Positions 1-8,966 of a DNA stretch of 64,000 bases are shown piece by piece. The notes under the pieces were generated by a model, which was given only the letters and a program-made list of their open reading frames with translations, did not search any database and was not told the DNA's origin. Origin of the DNA: a virus. The stretch is taken from the IMG/VR virus record IMGVR_UViG_3300027733_000032; one strand, 5' to 3'. A program made the position numbers and the translations under genes. Numbering within the stretch: position 1 is the first letter of the stretch; every line of letters starts with the position of its first letter.

Positions 1-151
1 ATGCACTTAATTTCTGCAACCAAGTCAGAGTCATAGGGAAACTCCGCAACGATGATGTCATCAACCAAAGTGAGAGTACTTGCCTCATCCCCTTTGTCAT
101 CACCCAACCGCTTCTTCATGCCACTCATCCTAGCCCCGCCCATACGACCCG

Positions 152-355
152 TCAACTATCAAGAGCATCATCAGCAAAGTCTCGCAACCGTGGATACGCC
201 CAACGAACAGCGAACACCAATCCGACGAGGAAGGCGACTCCCCAGTTCACGAAGCCCGAGGCAAACCCAAGCACTCCGAAAATAATCTGACTGGTCGGCA
301 AAAATAATCCCAGCAGGATGGCTACGAACAGTTTATGTTTCTTGATGAGTTCCAT
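152..355 (-). CDS. small membrane protein
   Basis: Leaderless ATG 6 nt after class A promoter; two hydrophobic segments. Confidence 0.75.
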   Translation of the reverse strand: MELIKKHKLFVAILLGLFLPTSQIIFGVLGFASGFVNWGVAFLVGLVFAVRWAYPRLRDFADDALDS

Positions 356-742
356 ACCTTAGTATCGGTAACAGTATTACGCTAGTTGTCAGATAGTTTA
401 TCCACAGGCTGAGAAGTAGACCCTACATTTACACGAAGGCACAAACATATCAAAATGATATAGATGTGACGCTTATAAGGTATAAGGGGTAAGAGTCCCG
501 ATAAATCTACCCTCAACAAATGACGGTGGTGGAAAGCAACTTGCTGATAGGAGATTCGCCCTCCCCTTCGTGCTCGCAATGGAAAAGCGCATACATCTAG
601 AAGCGAAACGACTAGATGCTGAAAGGGAGGGAGGATGGAGCCATTTGAAAGGGCAAACCGTGGCATCTCCCACCATCCTTACGAAGAAGGCGAAACATTT
701 CTTCCTCAATGGAAAGAACGGGGCTCACCAGCATAGAGACAA

Positions 743-958
743 TCACACAGAGAGAGGGCGACTCGCAAGAGAACCAAGGAACTCATTGCCATCCATCTCC
801 ATCAACGCCCAGTAAGCATCTTTGTAAGAAGGGAACACTGATTCAAAGACAACTTCACCCGTGGCTTTATTCTCCAGCGTCCCCAGAACCTCAGAGCCCC
901 GCACAGGAGCGATACGAATCAGATAGACAAGTCCATTGAGGAGCGGTTGATGTTTCAT
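743..958 (-). CDS. hypothetical protein
   Basis: ORF track; same strand as neighbours. Confidence 0.55.
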   Translation of the reverse strand: MKHQPLLNGLVYLIRIAPVRGSEVLGTLENKATGEVVFESVFPSYKDAYWALMEMDGNEFLGSLASRPLSV

Positions 959-1040
959 GTCCGCACCCTACCCACAAAGCCGTTGAGAAGCAAGTACCGA
1001 ATCTCCGGGGCTGACTCGCTCCCCTATCCAGCCCGAACCG

Positions 1041-1247
1041 TCACACTGCCCCTTCGTACTCACGGGAGTGGAGTGTCTTGCCCGCATAGCGGAGGTCGTA
1101 GGCGAACGAGATGAGCCACGAACCGATGTCATCAAAGGGGTACTCACGAGTGAACTCAAAGGCTCCACAGGCTTTACCGTCGGTCACGACAGCCGTGACA
1201 GAGATGATGTTGGTTTCTAGATTGACTGAGTAGGTGAGGTTGTTCAT
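1041..1247 (-). CDS. hypothetical protein
   Basis: Leaderless ATG after class A promoter. Confidence 0.75.
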   Translation of the reverse strand: MNNLTYSVNLETNIISVTAVVTDGKACGAFEFTREYPFDDIGSWLISFAYDLRYAGKTLHSREYEGAV

Positions 1248-1352
1248 ACTTAGGTATCGGAACAGCCGTTACCTTAGTTGGGCGAATGTTTATCCACAGG
1301 TTGTGAATAAAGTATGAGACAACTACCGTAATACTCCTACCGATATATAGAC

Positions 1353-1547
1353 ATGAGCCACTCCACCTACACCCCCTCCCCCCTGTGCGATGCCTGTAGT
1401 CTCCACGAGCCAACCATGGACTGGTACGACCATGACGAGTTCTTTTGGAACCTGTGCGACGAGTGCTTCACCCGTGACGCTCTCATGGGGGGCGAATGCA
1501 CCTCAGCCTGCGACGGGGACTACGCCTGTGCCCACAACTCCCACTAG
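1353..1547 (+). CDS. Cys/His-rich putative Zn-binding protein
   Basis: Leaderless ATG after divergent class A promoter; CDAC, CDEC and further Cys/His. Confidence 0.75.
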   Translation: MSHSTYTPSPLCDACSLHEPTMDWYDHDEFFWNLCDECFTRDALMGGECTSACDGDYACAHNSH

Positions 1548-1770
1548 TGGGCGACCACTCTGAGTGAGAAAACCACCGAGAGTGAGAGTCCCGCATCCCA
1601 CTAACACGCTTAGATAAATCTATCTGAGTGATATTGGGGGTCGTAGGGGGCTAAAAGAGCGACAAAACTCCGAAATATTTGAAAATGCCGAGAATTCGCA
1701 AGTATTTCGTCCCCTATCAGGTCTTTTGCTGCGAACGCAGAGCGTGATTCTTCACCACTCTCCGTGAGGT

Positions 1771-2031
1771 CTAAAGGTGTATAGCACCCATTTCCTCAGG
1801 TGTGCTTTCCGACGGGGCTCGGCTTACCTTGATTTCCCATAGGGATAGCCAGCCATTCCATCCCTTCCCATTAACCCCTTTCAAGAGGATTTGGTCAGCA
1901 CGGTTCTTGTTCGGCACATAGACGAAGCGAGGTCCATGTTCTTTCACTCGGTTGCGGGTTCTCTTAGATGCGGTAGCCCCGTTTATTGAGACGAGGACTT
2001 CGGTTGGTTCGGTGATGTCGCTCAGGCTCAC
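1771..2031 (-). CDS. hypothetical protein
   Basis: Overlap-coupled ORF in minus-strand operon. Confidence 0.6.
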   Translation of the reverse strand: MSLSDITEPTEVLVSINGATASKRTRNRVKEHGPRFVYVPNKNRADQILLKGVNGKGWNGWLSLWEIKVSRAPSESTPEEMGAIHL

Positions 2032-2267
2032 TAGTTCACTTCTCCTACTCTGATACTTTCGTTATCCCTTGTCATACCCTTCATCAGCATCATGTACTTG
2101 CTTGACCACGATAACGGGACTACCCGTGAGTGTTGCTTGTCGTCATAGCCCGTCCATGTAATACGGAACTTGATTTGCTCTTCGTCTTGTATGTCGTTCT
2201 CCATAGTGATGTCTTTCTGTCTCTTGTAGGTATTAGAGAGTTTGCCAACACTGGAGTTGATATCCAT
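2031..2267 (-). CDS. hypothetical protein
   Basis: ORF track; operon context; start may be downstream. Confidence 0.6.
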   Translation of the reverse strand: MDINSSVGKLSNTYKRQKDITMENDIQDEEQIKFRITWTGYDDKQHSRVVPLSWSSKYMMLMKGMTRDNESIRVGEVN

Positions 2268-2306
2268 TGAGGGAAATACGCCCGCTTTTATCGTCTGTGT
2301 TCCCTT

Positions 2307-2606
2307 TTAGTGGACGAGGAAGCCTTCGTTCAGAACAGTAATCTGCTCCTGACCAGCAGAAACGCTGATAACGAGGTGTTCCATACGCTCGTCGGCAAAG
2401 TAGTCCTGCCATTGGGGGTCGTAGGTTTCGCGCCCGATATAGACACGGTACTCATCTCCACCACCAAGAGCGTTCAGAGCGGTGATAGCAGAGTCGTGAA
2501 TGTCCCGAAATGAGCCCCGATAGACGGTTTTACCGACCTGCTCGTTGTCCCATTGGTCGGCAGAAACCTTGACCAACTTCAGAATGTAGTGGTGATACCG
2601 TTCCAT
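2307..2606 (-). CDS. hypothetical protein
   Basis: Start overlaps stop of upstream gene. Confidence 0.7.
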   Translation of the reverse strand: MERYHHYILKLVKVSADQWDNEQVGKTVYRGSFRDIHDSAITALNALGGGDEYRVYIGRETYDPQWQDYFADERMEHLVISVSAGQEQITVLNEGFLVH

Positions 2607-2953
2607 CAGACGCTCACCGTTGTTCGGTAGTGAGTGAGAACTCGGGTTGCTATATCGCTAGAGGTCGCAGTTTCCCACTTAGTGACCTGCTCGTAGATGG
2701 CACTAATCGTGCTGTCGTTCAGTCGTTCCGTGAGAAACAAGTTCCAGCCAGCACCAGCACCGTGACAGTCAAGGACTGTGACAGAGTGAAAATGACCCTT
2801 GTAGGTGTCCATAGCGACGAACCAGCCCTCATCGTTACCGTCTTGGTAGGCACGCTCAATGTCTTTGCGGTCTATGTCAGACATAATGTCGTCAAGCGTA
2901 TTCCACGCAGAGATACTTCCTGTCAGTGGGCGGTATGTGATGTTGATTTCCAT
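2606..2953 (-). CDS. hypothetical protein, paralog of 9409-9798
   Basis: Start moved to leaderless ATG at 2953; shares FHS.T.LD...GAGWNLFL....D..I..IYE.V. Confidence 0.8.
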   Translation of the reverse strand: MEINITYRPLTGSISAWNTLDDIMSDIDRKDIERAYQDGNDEGWFVAMDTYKGHFHSVTVLDCHGAGAGWNLFLTERLNDSTISAIYEQVTKWETATSSDIATRVLTHYRTTVSV

Positions 2954-3063
2954 ACTTAGGTATCGGTTGGTCTGTTTCGTTAGTTGGGTCACTTTTTATT
3001 CGGGCAGATTATCGCCCTATAGGGGGACTTCGCAACCGGGGCTCCCCGTGCTACATTGGGCAT

Positions 3064-3261
3064 ATGGACTTAAACGACCGTTTCGCTGAATTGGATGCCA
3101 AGTTGGCTGTCCTTGAGGCTGAGGTGGAGTTTCTGTGCCGTGATGTCGCCCGACTTTGGCTGGATACGACGCTGACGCAGCCCCGTCCCGAGGGTTCGCA
3201 GGGTTTATTTAGATTTGTAGAGAAGCCTCGTTGGAAAGCGTGGGACTCTTCGGGGGAATGA
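3064..3261 (+). CDS. hypothetical coiled-coil protein
   Basis: ORF track; heptad-like N-terminus. Confidence 0.5.
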   Translation: MDLNDRFAELDAKLAVLEAEVEFLCRDVARLWLDTTLTQPRPEGSQGLFRFVEKPRWKAWDSSGE

Positions 3262-3276
3262 AAATGGGGACTCTTG

Positions 3277-3349
3277 CGTCTCAGGCAGGGGTCGAACCTA
3301 CAACCTACAGATTAGAAGTCTGTTGCGCTATCCATTGCGCCACTGAGAC
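3277..3349 (-). tRNA. tRNA-Arg (anticodon UCU)
   Basis: Minus strand: acceptor stem GTCTCAG/CTGAGAC, D arm TGGCGCAATGGATAGCGC, anticodon arm ACAGAC-TTCTAA-TCTGT, T loop GGTTCGACCC; 73 nt; no encoded CCA. Confidence 0.93.
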
Positions 3350-3421
3350 AGTTTGACTCTCAGGGAATAGTAGCCCCGTTTCTACGGTCACGCAACGGCG
3401 GTGATAGCAGAGGTATTCCCC

Positions 3422-3598
3422 TTACTTTGGCTTGTCGCCTTGCTTGACTAAGGGGTTGTTCATTGCCTCACGAAACGCTCTGTCGTGGCTTACGCCGTTG
3501 AGGTGTCGCTCTAGGGTGTAAGCCTCACTGAACGGCATACTCCAGCCGTACTTGGCTTTCGTGCGAAGTGTCAGGTGTTTTATGCTTATCTCGCTCAT
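3422..3598 (-). CDS. 58-aa hypothetical protein, paralog of 13486-13665
   Basis: Below ORF-track cutoff; leaderless ATG after class A promoter; GWS..F...Y....H..G.SHDRA...AM..P.V. Confidence 0.75.
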   Translation of the reverse strand: MSEISIKHLTLRTKAKYGWSMPFSEAYTLERHLNGVSHDRAFREAMNNPLVKQGDKPK

Positions 3599-3650
3599 AC
3601 TCAGATATCGGTTTGGGAGTTACGCTAGTTGGGTAACACTTTATCCACAG

Positions 3651-3935
3651 TCAGGATAGTGATTGGTCAATGGCAAGTATCAAGAGGCGTGCCTTTTCCC
3701 ACTCCGACCACTTGATAGCAGCCCCGAGTATCTGAATGAGCACTTTCGCATCATTACTGGTGGGATAGATGTCATCACCATTATCGTGTTCTTTCCCAAG
3801 CCACTCTGCCACAGGGACAAAGGAGAAATCGGGGCTACTGGTGCGCAACACGGCGACTTCGTAACGCCCGTCAATAGCGGTCATAGAGAAAGTATCTCCG
3901 CTGGGTAGGGTGTAATGGAGATTGTCGTGCTTCAT
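3651..3935 (-). CDS. hypothetical protein
   Basis: Start moved to ATG (MKHDNL) preceded by GAAAGGA. Confidence 0.7.
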   Translation of the reverse strand: MKHDNLHYTLPSGDTFSMTAIDGRYEVAVLRTSSPDFSFVPVAEWLGKEHDNGDDIYPTSNDAKVLIQILGAAIKWSEWEKARLLILAIDQSLS

Positions 3936-4037
3936 GAGGGTTGTCCTTTCGGTAAATCTAGGGGAATGATAGCCCCGTTTCTGTGTTCGTGTAATGGTTT
4001 GGGGGGAAGGGTTGCCCCTCACCCCCTTATCAACTAC

Positions 4038-4205
4038 TCAGAGCCACTCAAAGAGGTCTCCGTCAGCGATTTCGCTGTAGTCAAGGTCATTCGCATCAGC
4101 GATTGCCTGCCACACGGCATCCTCTGTCAAAGGAGCGTCAGGGTCAAGAAAATCTTGCCACTGTTTCGTAGGTTCTGTCATTTGGTCACCCCCATTCCCT
4201 GTCAT
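4038..4205 (-). CDS. 55-aa acidic hypothetical protein
   Basis: Leaderless ATG after class A promoter (MTGNGGDQMTEP...); an internal SD-led start is also possible. Confidence 0.7.
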   Translation of the reverse strand: MTGNGGDQMTEPTKQWQDFLDPDAPLTEDAVWQAIADANDLDYSEIADGDLFEWL

Positions 4206-4274
4206 ACCTAGGTATCGGTATCAGAGTTCCGTTAGTTGTCTATGGATTTATCCACAGGGCGGAAATAGCATTAT

Positions 4275-4303
4275 GGGGAGAGAGCGGTCGATGCTCCCTC
4301 CCC
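4275..4303 (-). terminator. GC-rich hairpin downstream of candidate ncRNA
   Basis: GGGGAGGGAGC-7 nt loop-GCTCTCTCCCC on the minus strand. Confidence 0.6.
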
Positions 4304-4324
4304 ACCCTGCCACGATGGACAAGT

Positions 4325-4440
4325 ATCAAAGTAGCCGTGCCATGCCCTCTCAGCACTCTGTCCCTCAGCCAGCATTGAGGTCGGCGCGATGATATCGCTC
4401 GCTCACTGGCTCGGTCGGGTCACATGGGGGCTACCCTGAT
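4325..4440 (-). ncRNA. candidate structured ncRNA, ~116 nt, rod-like
   Basis: Class A promoter with no ATG; 5' ATCAGGGTAGCC pairs with 3' GGCTACTTTGAT; inner helices CCATG/CATGG, AGCCAGT/GCTGGCT and GCGAT/ATCGC. Confidence 0.65.
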
Positions 4441-4839
4441 ATCTAAGTATCGGTTTCAGTATTGCGTTAGTTGGCTAGAAGTTTATCCACAGATTTATCC
4501 ACAGGCTCATATCAGCAGTTTCGCAGGAGTGTTTACTCGGTACGGATAGCCCCGGGTTTACAACCCGATTATGTGTTGCGCAACCAACGACGGTGGCGGA
4601 AAGGAAAATGCCCACAGGCACGGAAATAAATAGCCGTTACGCTGGTCTTTTCTAACAACAAAATCAACGACAAAAGACGGGACTCCAGAGGCACGGGAAA
4701 CAGGGGTACTGGGTGGGTTGCCTAGGGGTGATAGCACTCCGTTTTTGAGTACCTTCACAGCCCCGACATAGTAATCAGCCCCACACCGTTTGGCGTGAGG
4801 CTGACCACTGACAGGGAATTGCTTGGTTGAGATTAGTTA

Positions 4840-5094
4840 CTAGGGCAGGGGGAGCGTCGCTCCATCTACTCCCCAGTACGAGTCCTCCCAACAGCGAACG
4901 AACTGGGGGTCAATGCCCAACAGTACGCCGTAACGCTGGGCAATGGCGGTTGCCTGCTCCTTGTTGAAGCAGGGCATGGTCATAATGCCTGAGTCGCATT
5001 CATCACCCGTAGGTGACCGAAACCAAAAGTGGAGTTCGGTGTCAAGGATACGGATGGCAGTGATATCGCCCTTATGGATTGTCGTGGGTGTCAT
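4840..5094 (-). CDS. hypothetical protein
   Basis: Coupled to 5094-5309. Confidence 0.7.
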   Translation of the reverse strand: MTPTTIHKGDITAIRILDTELHFWFRSPTGDECDSGIMTMPCFNKEQATAIAQRYGVLLGIDPQFVRCWEDSYWGVDGATLPLP

Positions 5095-5309
5095 TACTGT
5101 CCTTCCTTGTTGATGATGCGGAGAATGTCTTGGCTCATGTTGAGACCGCCAACGAGAGCAGTCTGAATGGCGTTCTTCAATGCCCGTGGCGTTGCCAACG
5201 GCAAGTAGTTGTCAATTTCGTCCCAAGCCTTGAGACCAGCACGGATTGCTTCGCAGGTCTCTTGGGCGTACTGGGCGTACTTTTCTTCGTGGGTTGTAGT
5301 TGTTTCCAT
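5094..5309 (-). CDS. hypothetical protein
   Basis: Leaderless ATG after class A promoter. Confidence 0.75.
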   Translation of the reverse strand: METTTTHEEKYAQYAQETCEAIRAGLKAWDEIDNYLPLATPRALKNAIQTALVGGLNMSQDILRIINKEGQ

Positions 5310-5415
5310 ACTTGGGTATCGGTATGTCTATCCCCTTAGTTGGGTCAGAGTTTATCCACAGGGCTGTGGATAAAGTGCCGCACAACTACCGCAACACTGA
5401 GACCGATACCTTATT

Positions 5416-5532
5416 ATGATTGACCTTATAAAAGAAATTGCATACATCGTCGGCACACTAACAGCGTGGGCATTGTGTATCTCGCCATTGGCGATTACGC
5501 TACTCACCAACCTACCCGATGACGACCAATGA
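5416..5532 (+). CDS. 38-aa single-TM peptide
   Basis: Leaderless ATG after divergent class A promoter; MIDLIKEIAYIVGTLTAWALCISPLAITLLTNLPDDDQ. Confidence 0.7.
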   Translation: MIDLIKEIAYIVGTLTAWALCISPLAITLLTNLPDDDQ

Positions 5533-5543
5533 AGGGAACGGAC

Positions 5544-5723
5544 ATGAAGTACCGAGTTACATACACACGCCACGATGACCGACTCTTTGTCGGCAGTCAG
5601 GGAGTTTCTTTCTTTCGCACGGAACACGGGGCTGCCCGTTTCCTCGGACAGTTGGAAGAGTCTTACAACATTGACCAAGACTCCATCGTCGTCCACATCT
5701 TTGAGGATGGCGAACAGGCGTAA
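5544..5723 (+). CDS. hypothetical protein
   Basis: AAGGGA SD before ATG 5544; track starts at 5529. Confidence 0.65.
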   Translation: MKYRVTYTRHDDRLFVGSQGVSFFRTEHGAARFLGQLEESYNIDQDSIVVHIFEDGEQA

Positions 5724-5807
5724 CAAGGATAAGCGGAAGCCCCGGCTATTCTTGAGATGTGAGTGTGGTTAGCAGGTCGGAAGCCAACGCCTCCACACCA
5801 CAAAACG

Positions 5808-5845
5808 AAAGCCCCCCACCAAGTCAATCAGCGGTGGGGGGCTTT
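5808..5845. terminator. bidirectional intrinsic terminator
   Basis: AAAGCCCCCCACC-12 nt-GGTGGGGGGCTTT between convergent genes. Confidence 0.8.
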
Positions 5846-5955
5846 TGTGCTTGCTCGGACTTAGAAACGGGGCTCCCTCGGATTTAGAAACGGAGAGTGT
5901 AGATATGCGAAAGTTCCCCACCGTGATGAACGGCAGGGAACTAGGGGGAGGTGGG

Positions 5956-6078
5956 TCAGAGCGACCGTAGTACTCGCTCAACTCTGCCATCTCGGCACTC
6001 GCAGTCGGTTTCTACGACTTCGCAGGCTTGGCAGACAGGCTCGTCATTATCTTGGGCTGGGGTTGATGTGTTGTTCAT
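5956..6078 (-). CDS. 40-aa Cys-rich peptide
   Basis: Leaderless ATG after class A promoter; CQAC...CEC. Confidence 0.65.
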   Translation of the reverse strand: MNNTSTPAQDNDEPVCQACEVVETDCECRDGRVERVLRSL

Positions 6079-6133
6079 ACTTATGTATCGGTATGAGAGT
6101 TACGTTAGTTGGGTCATTATTTATTCGCTTGGG

Positions 6134-6343
6134 CTAGATGGATGAGGCTCCGAACCGTGCTCCACCAAGAGCGGAGTCGCAGGCATCACATTGACTCCAA
6201 GAGAAGTCAGTTGTATCTACTGAGTCCACCACTAGGGGTCCCGTGCGCCCTATCCCCGACTTGACACGGAGTTCAGTCTCCGAGTCCATACCCGAGAAGT
6301 CGTTGTTGGCGTGCGCCATAGCGCAGTCTACGCAAATGTTCAT
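6134..6343 (-). CDS. small Zn-finger-like protein
   Basis: C-x2-C at both ends (CVDC, CDAC); SD-led ATG at 6343. Confidence 0.7.
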   Translation of the reverse strand: MNICVDCAMAHANNDFSGMDSETELRVKSGIGRTGPLVVDSVDTTDFSWSQCDACDSALGGARFGASSI

Positions 6344-6441
6344 TGTTTCATCTCCATACCTGTGTATCGGTTTCAGTATTCTATTAGTTGGGCGAGAGTT
6401 TATCCACACCCAACGAAGATGTGCTCGAAACTCGGGGCTTC

Positions 6442-6663
6442 TCAGTCTAAGAGTGGTTTGAGTATGTTGCGCAAGTCAAGGAGAGAGTCGGTCATTTCCG
6501 ATGACGAACAGATGTTCGTGTTGCCGATGTCCTTCAGTACGCCATCAATAATTGCGAGTGACTTGCGGATGGCGGTGATTTCTAAGTCCCGCTCTCCGAC
6601 TGCCATCTCAACAATAGTTGCGGTGTCGTCAATGATGTTGTGTGAGTTTGTCATTTTGCTCAT
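6442..6663 (-). CDS. hypothetical protein
   Basis: ATGA overlap with upstream gene. Confidence 0.7.
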   Translation of the reverse strand: MSKMTNSHNIIDDTATIVEMAVGERDLEITAIRKSLAIIDGVLKDIGNTNICSSSEMTDSLLDLRNILKPLLD

Positions 6664-7025
6664 TCCTCGTCCTCGTCATCCTCATCGTCTTGACTGAGAA
6701 ACTCCTCATCGGTCATCCAGTCGCCCTGCCCGATGAGACTTGTGTAGCCAGCGTTCGGGTTCTCGTGGTCTGTGGTGACTGCGTTGATGAACTTTAGCCC
6801 GCAAGACTCGTCCCACCAGACTTTTAGGGTGGCGAACATTTCCTCGGGAGTCCCCGTGAAAGTGCGGTCGGTACAACTTCTACCGTTGTAGTTCTGACGG
6901 AACCAGTCTGCTTGTTCCTCATCCATTGCCACATAGATTTTGTGGCAACCGTCAAAGGCTACGAGGAGTGCGTCCTCAACAGCAGTTTCTACTCGGTCAA
7001 ATAATTCGTCAAGTGTTTTGGTCAT
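6660..7025 (-). CDS. hypothetical protein, paralog of 23743-24078
   Basis: Leaderless ATG; DALLVA[FW]DGCHKIYVA motif shared. Confidence 0.85.
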   Translation of the reverse strand: MTKTLDELFDRVETAVEDALLVAFDGCHKIYVAMDEEQADWFRQNYNGRSCTDRTFTGTPEEMFATLKVWWDESCGLKFINAVTTDHENPNAGYTSLIGQGDWMTDEEFLSQDDEDDEDEE

Positions 7026-7091
7026 ACTCAGGTATCGGTTCTGTCGTTGCGTTGGTTGTGTCTAAGTTTATCCACAGGTTTATCCACAGTG

Positions 7092-7427
7092 TCATCGGCT
7101 ATCAATGTGTAAGTCGGAATGGTTCTGAGCAATGACCGCAGCCTCAACCCACGGAGCCCCGTCTTCCCACTTGTGCTCGGGGAAGTCGCATAACTTTGTT
7201 GCTTCGTCACCGAAGTACCACAATGAGTAATGCCAAGTAGGGTCGTTGTCGCCATCAAAGTAATCCCACACCTGAACAAGCAAGTAGTGGTAGATGTCAA
7301 GGTTGAAGTGAGCGCACGGGGCTACCGCACCAAGAGAACTCTCTTGCTCGTAACCTTTTATCAAGGTGTCGTGTACAAGTTCAGTGATACATCGCAGGTC
7401 GCTCATCTGTTTTCCATTCTTATCCAT
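7092..7427 (-). CDS. hypothetical protein
   Basis: ORF track; operon context. Confidence 0.65.
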   Translation of the reverse strand: MDKNGKQMSDLRCITELVHDTLIKGYEQESSLGAVAPCAHFNLDIYHYLLVQVWDYFDGDNDPTWHYSLWYFGDEATKLCDFPEHKWEDGAPWVEAAVIAQNHSDLHIDSR

Positions 7428-7474
7428 TATAGGTGAACCTAGAGCGCAGTTTGTTAGCCCCGAGTTCCACTCTC

Positions 7475-7756
7475 TTAGAGACGACCGCCGTAGTCACGCT
7501 CGTGCCAGTAGCGGGTTTCCCAGCGAGCCTGCTCGTCGGCATCTCGGATTTCTTTTTCAATCTCGTTATAGATTTCGGTCATTGCCTCAATCACCCGTGT
7601 GTTCAGGATATCGGCGAATGTGTCGTGTGGGATTTTGTCGCTCTTTGTTTCGTCGTACCAGTTGAATAGCGCGTGCCATTCTCCGATGTTTCTCGCATCG
7701 TATGCGTCTGCGATGATGCCTCTGACGATTTCTGTGAAGTGTGCGGTGGTTTTCAT
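7475..7756 (-). CDS. hypothetical acidic protein
   Basis: Leaderless ATG after class A promoter. Confidence 0.8.
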   Translation of the reverse strand: MKTTAHFTEIVRGIIADAYDARNIGEWHALFNWYDETKSDKIPHDTFADILNTRVIEAMTEIYNEIEKEIRDADEQARWETRYWHERDYGGRL

Positions 7757-8005
7757 ATCTAGGTATCGGTTGCGATGTTTCGTTAGTTGGGTGGTTATTT
7801 ATTCGGGGTCGGTGCGTGCGAATGAGAGCCCCGCACCTGTGTGCCGAACGAAACGGGGCGGAATGGAAACTCGGGGCTGTCACGCCAATGCGGTCGTGGG
7901 GTCGTGTGTGATGTTTCCGAGAACGGCACTAGGGGGCTTATCCAGCCCCCCTACCTTGGGGTCAAGCCCCTGCGCCCCTGTGTTGGGGGCTATGTGCGCT
8001 CGGTG

Positions 8006-8164
8006 CTAGGCGAGCAGTTCAGCCACTTGGCGAGCCACCAACGCCTGTAGGCGATGGCAGTCATTGCCGTGAGCCGACTGCGCCTCAGCGAGCAAGCGCA
8101 AGAGTTCCTGCGCCATAGCCACTCGGTATGAGACTTTCATATTTTCACCTCCGTTCCCTGTCAT
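8006..8164 (-). CDS. small hypothetical protein
   Basis: Leaderless ATG at 8164 (MTGNGGENM...) or SD-led ATG at 8140. Confidence 0.65.
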   Translation of the reverse strand: MTGNGGENMKVSYRVAMAQELLRLLAEAQSAHGNDCHRLQALVARQVAELLA

Positions 8165-8337
8165 ACCTAAGTATCGGTTCGGGTGTTGCGTTAGTTGGGT
8201 CGCCACTTATCCACAGAGTCGCCACTCGCCCACGGGGTGGTGTCCCCAGCGGGTGCGTGCGAGCGTGCGCCCTCGTGCGTATGCGGGGGCGGAGCCCCGT
8301 TCTTGTGTTACGCAACAAGTGACGGTGGCGGAAAGGA

Positions 8338-8544
8338 TTACCCTACGAGAGTTTCTATTTCAGTTGAGACAGACCTGACATCCCAGCCGTATTGGAAGGT
8401 GAGGCACCTCGACGCAAGTTCGGTTGCGACCTCCAACAGTTCGTCGGGGCTCATGCCCGCTATATCGGGTTCTTCGGGGTCAAGTTCCACGCTTGTTATT
8501 AGCGTGAAGTAGTCGCCAATGAAGGTGACGGTGTACGGGTTCAT
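8338..8544 (-). CDS. hypothetical protein
   Basis: ATGA overlap with upstream gene. Confidence 0.7.
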   Translation of the reverse strand: MNPYTVTFIGDYFTLITSVELDPEEPDIAGMSPDELLEVATELASRCLTFQYGWDVRSVSTEIETLVG

Positions 8545-8924
8545 TCGTCATTCACCTCAATGGGAGTGACGGTGATAGTTCCGCTAGCGTCGTGGTGCGA
8601 AAGAAAGCCCGTCAGGTGAGTGGCGTGAACGGTAAGTTCTAAACGCCATTCAGTGCGGTCAGGCGTAATTGACTCAAGCAATTTTTCGGCGGTTCGGGCG
8701 TGAAATGTTCCGCTGACCGTTCCATCCCATCGGGGGAAGCCCTCAATGCGAAACTCTTGGTTGTTTTCGGTGAACAAGTGTTCCGTAATTTCCTGAAAAT
8801 GCTCAACTTGGTCAGTCCAGCAGTCTCCCCAACATTCGGGGGCTTCATCCCAGTCGCCTGAGTCATCGTTGTAAGTGACGCAGGTACAAGTATTGGTGAG
8901 TGTGGCGGTTGTTGTGGTGGTCAT
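8541..8924 (-). CDS. hypothetical protein
   Basis: Start moved to 8924, 6 nt after class A octamer; poly-Thr N-terminus. Confidence 0.8.
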   Translation of the reverse strand: MTTTTTATLTNTCTCVTYNDDSGDWDEAPECWGDCWTDQVEHFQEITEHLFTENNQEFRIEGFPRWDGTVSGTFHARTAEKLLESITPDRTEWRLELTVHATHLTGFLSHHDASGTITVTPIEVNDE

Positions 8925-8966
8925 ATCCATATATCGGTATCACTATTCCGTTAGTTGGGTCATTAT

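Noticed and set aside
1550-1770. ncRNA in the 220-bp gap between convergent genes
   Set aside because: Only a short imperfect palindrome (CTTAGATA-AATC-TATCTGAG); no promoter or extended pairing seen.
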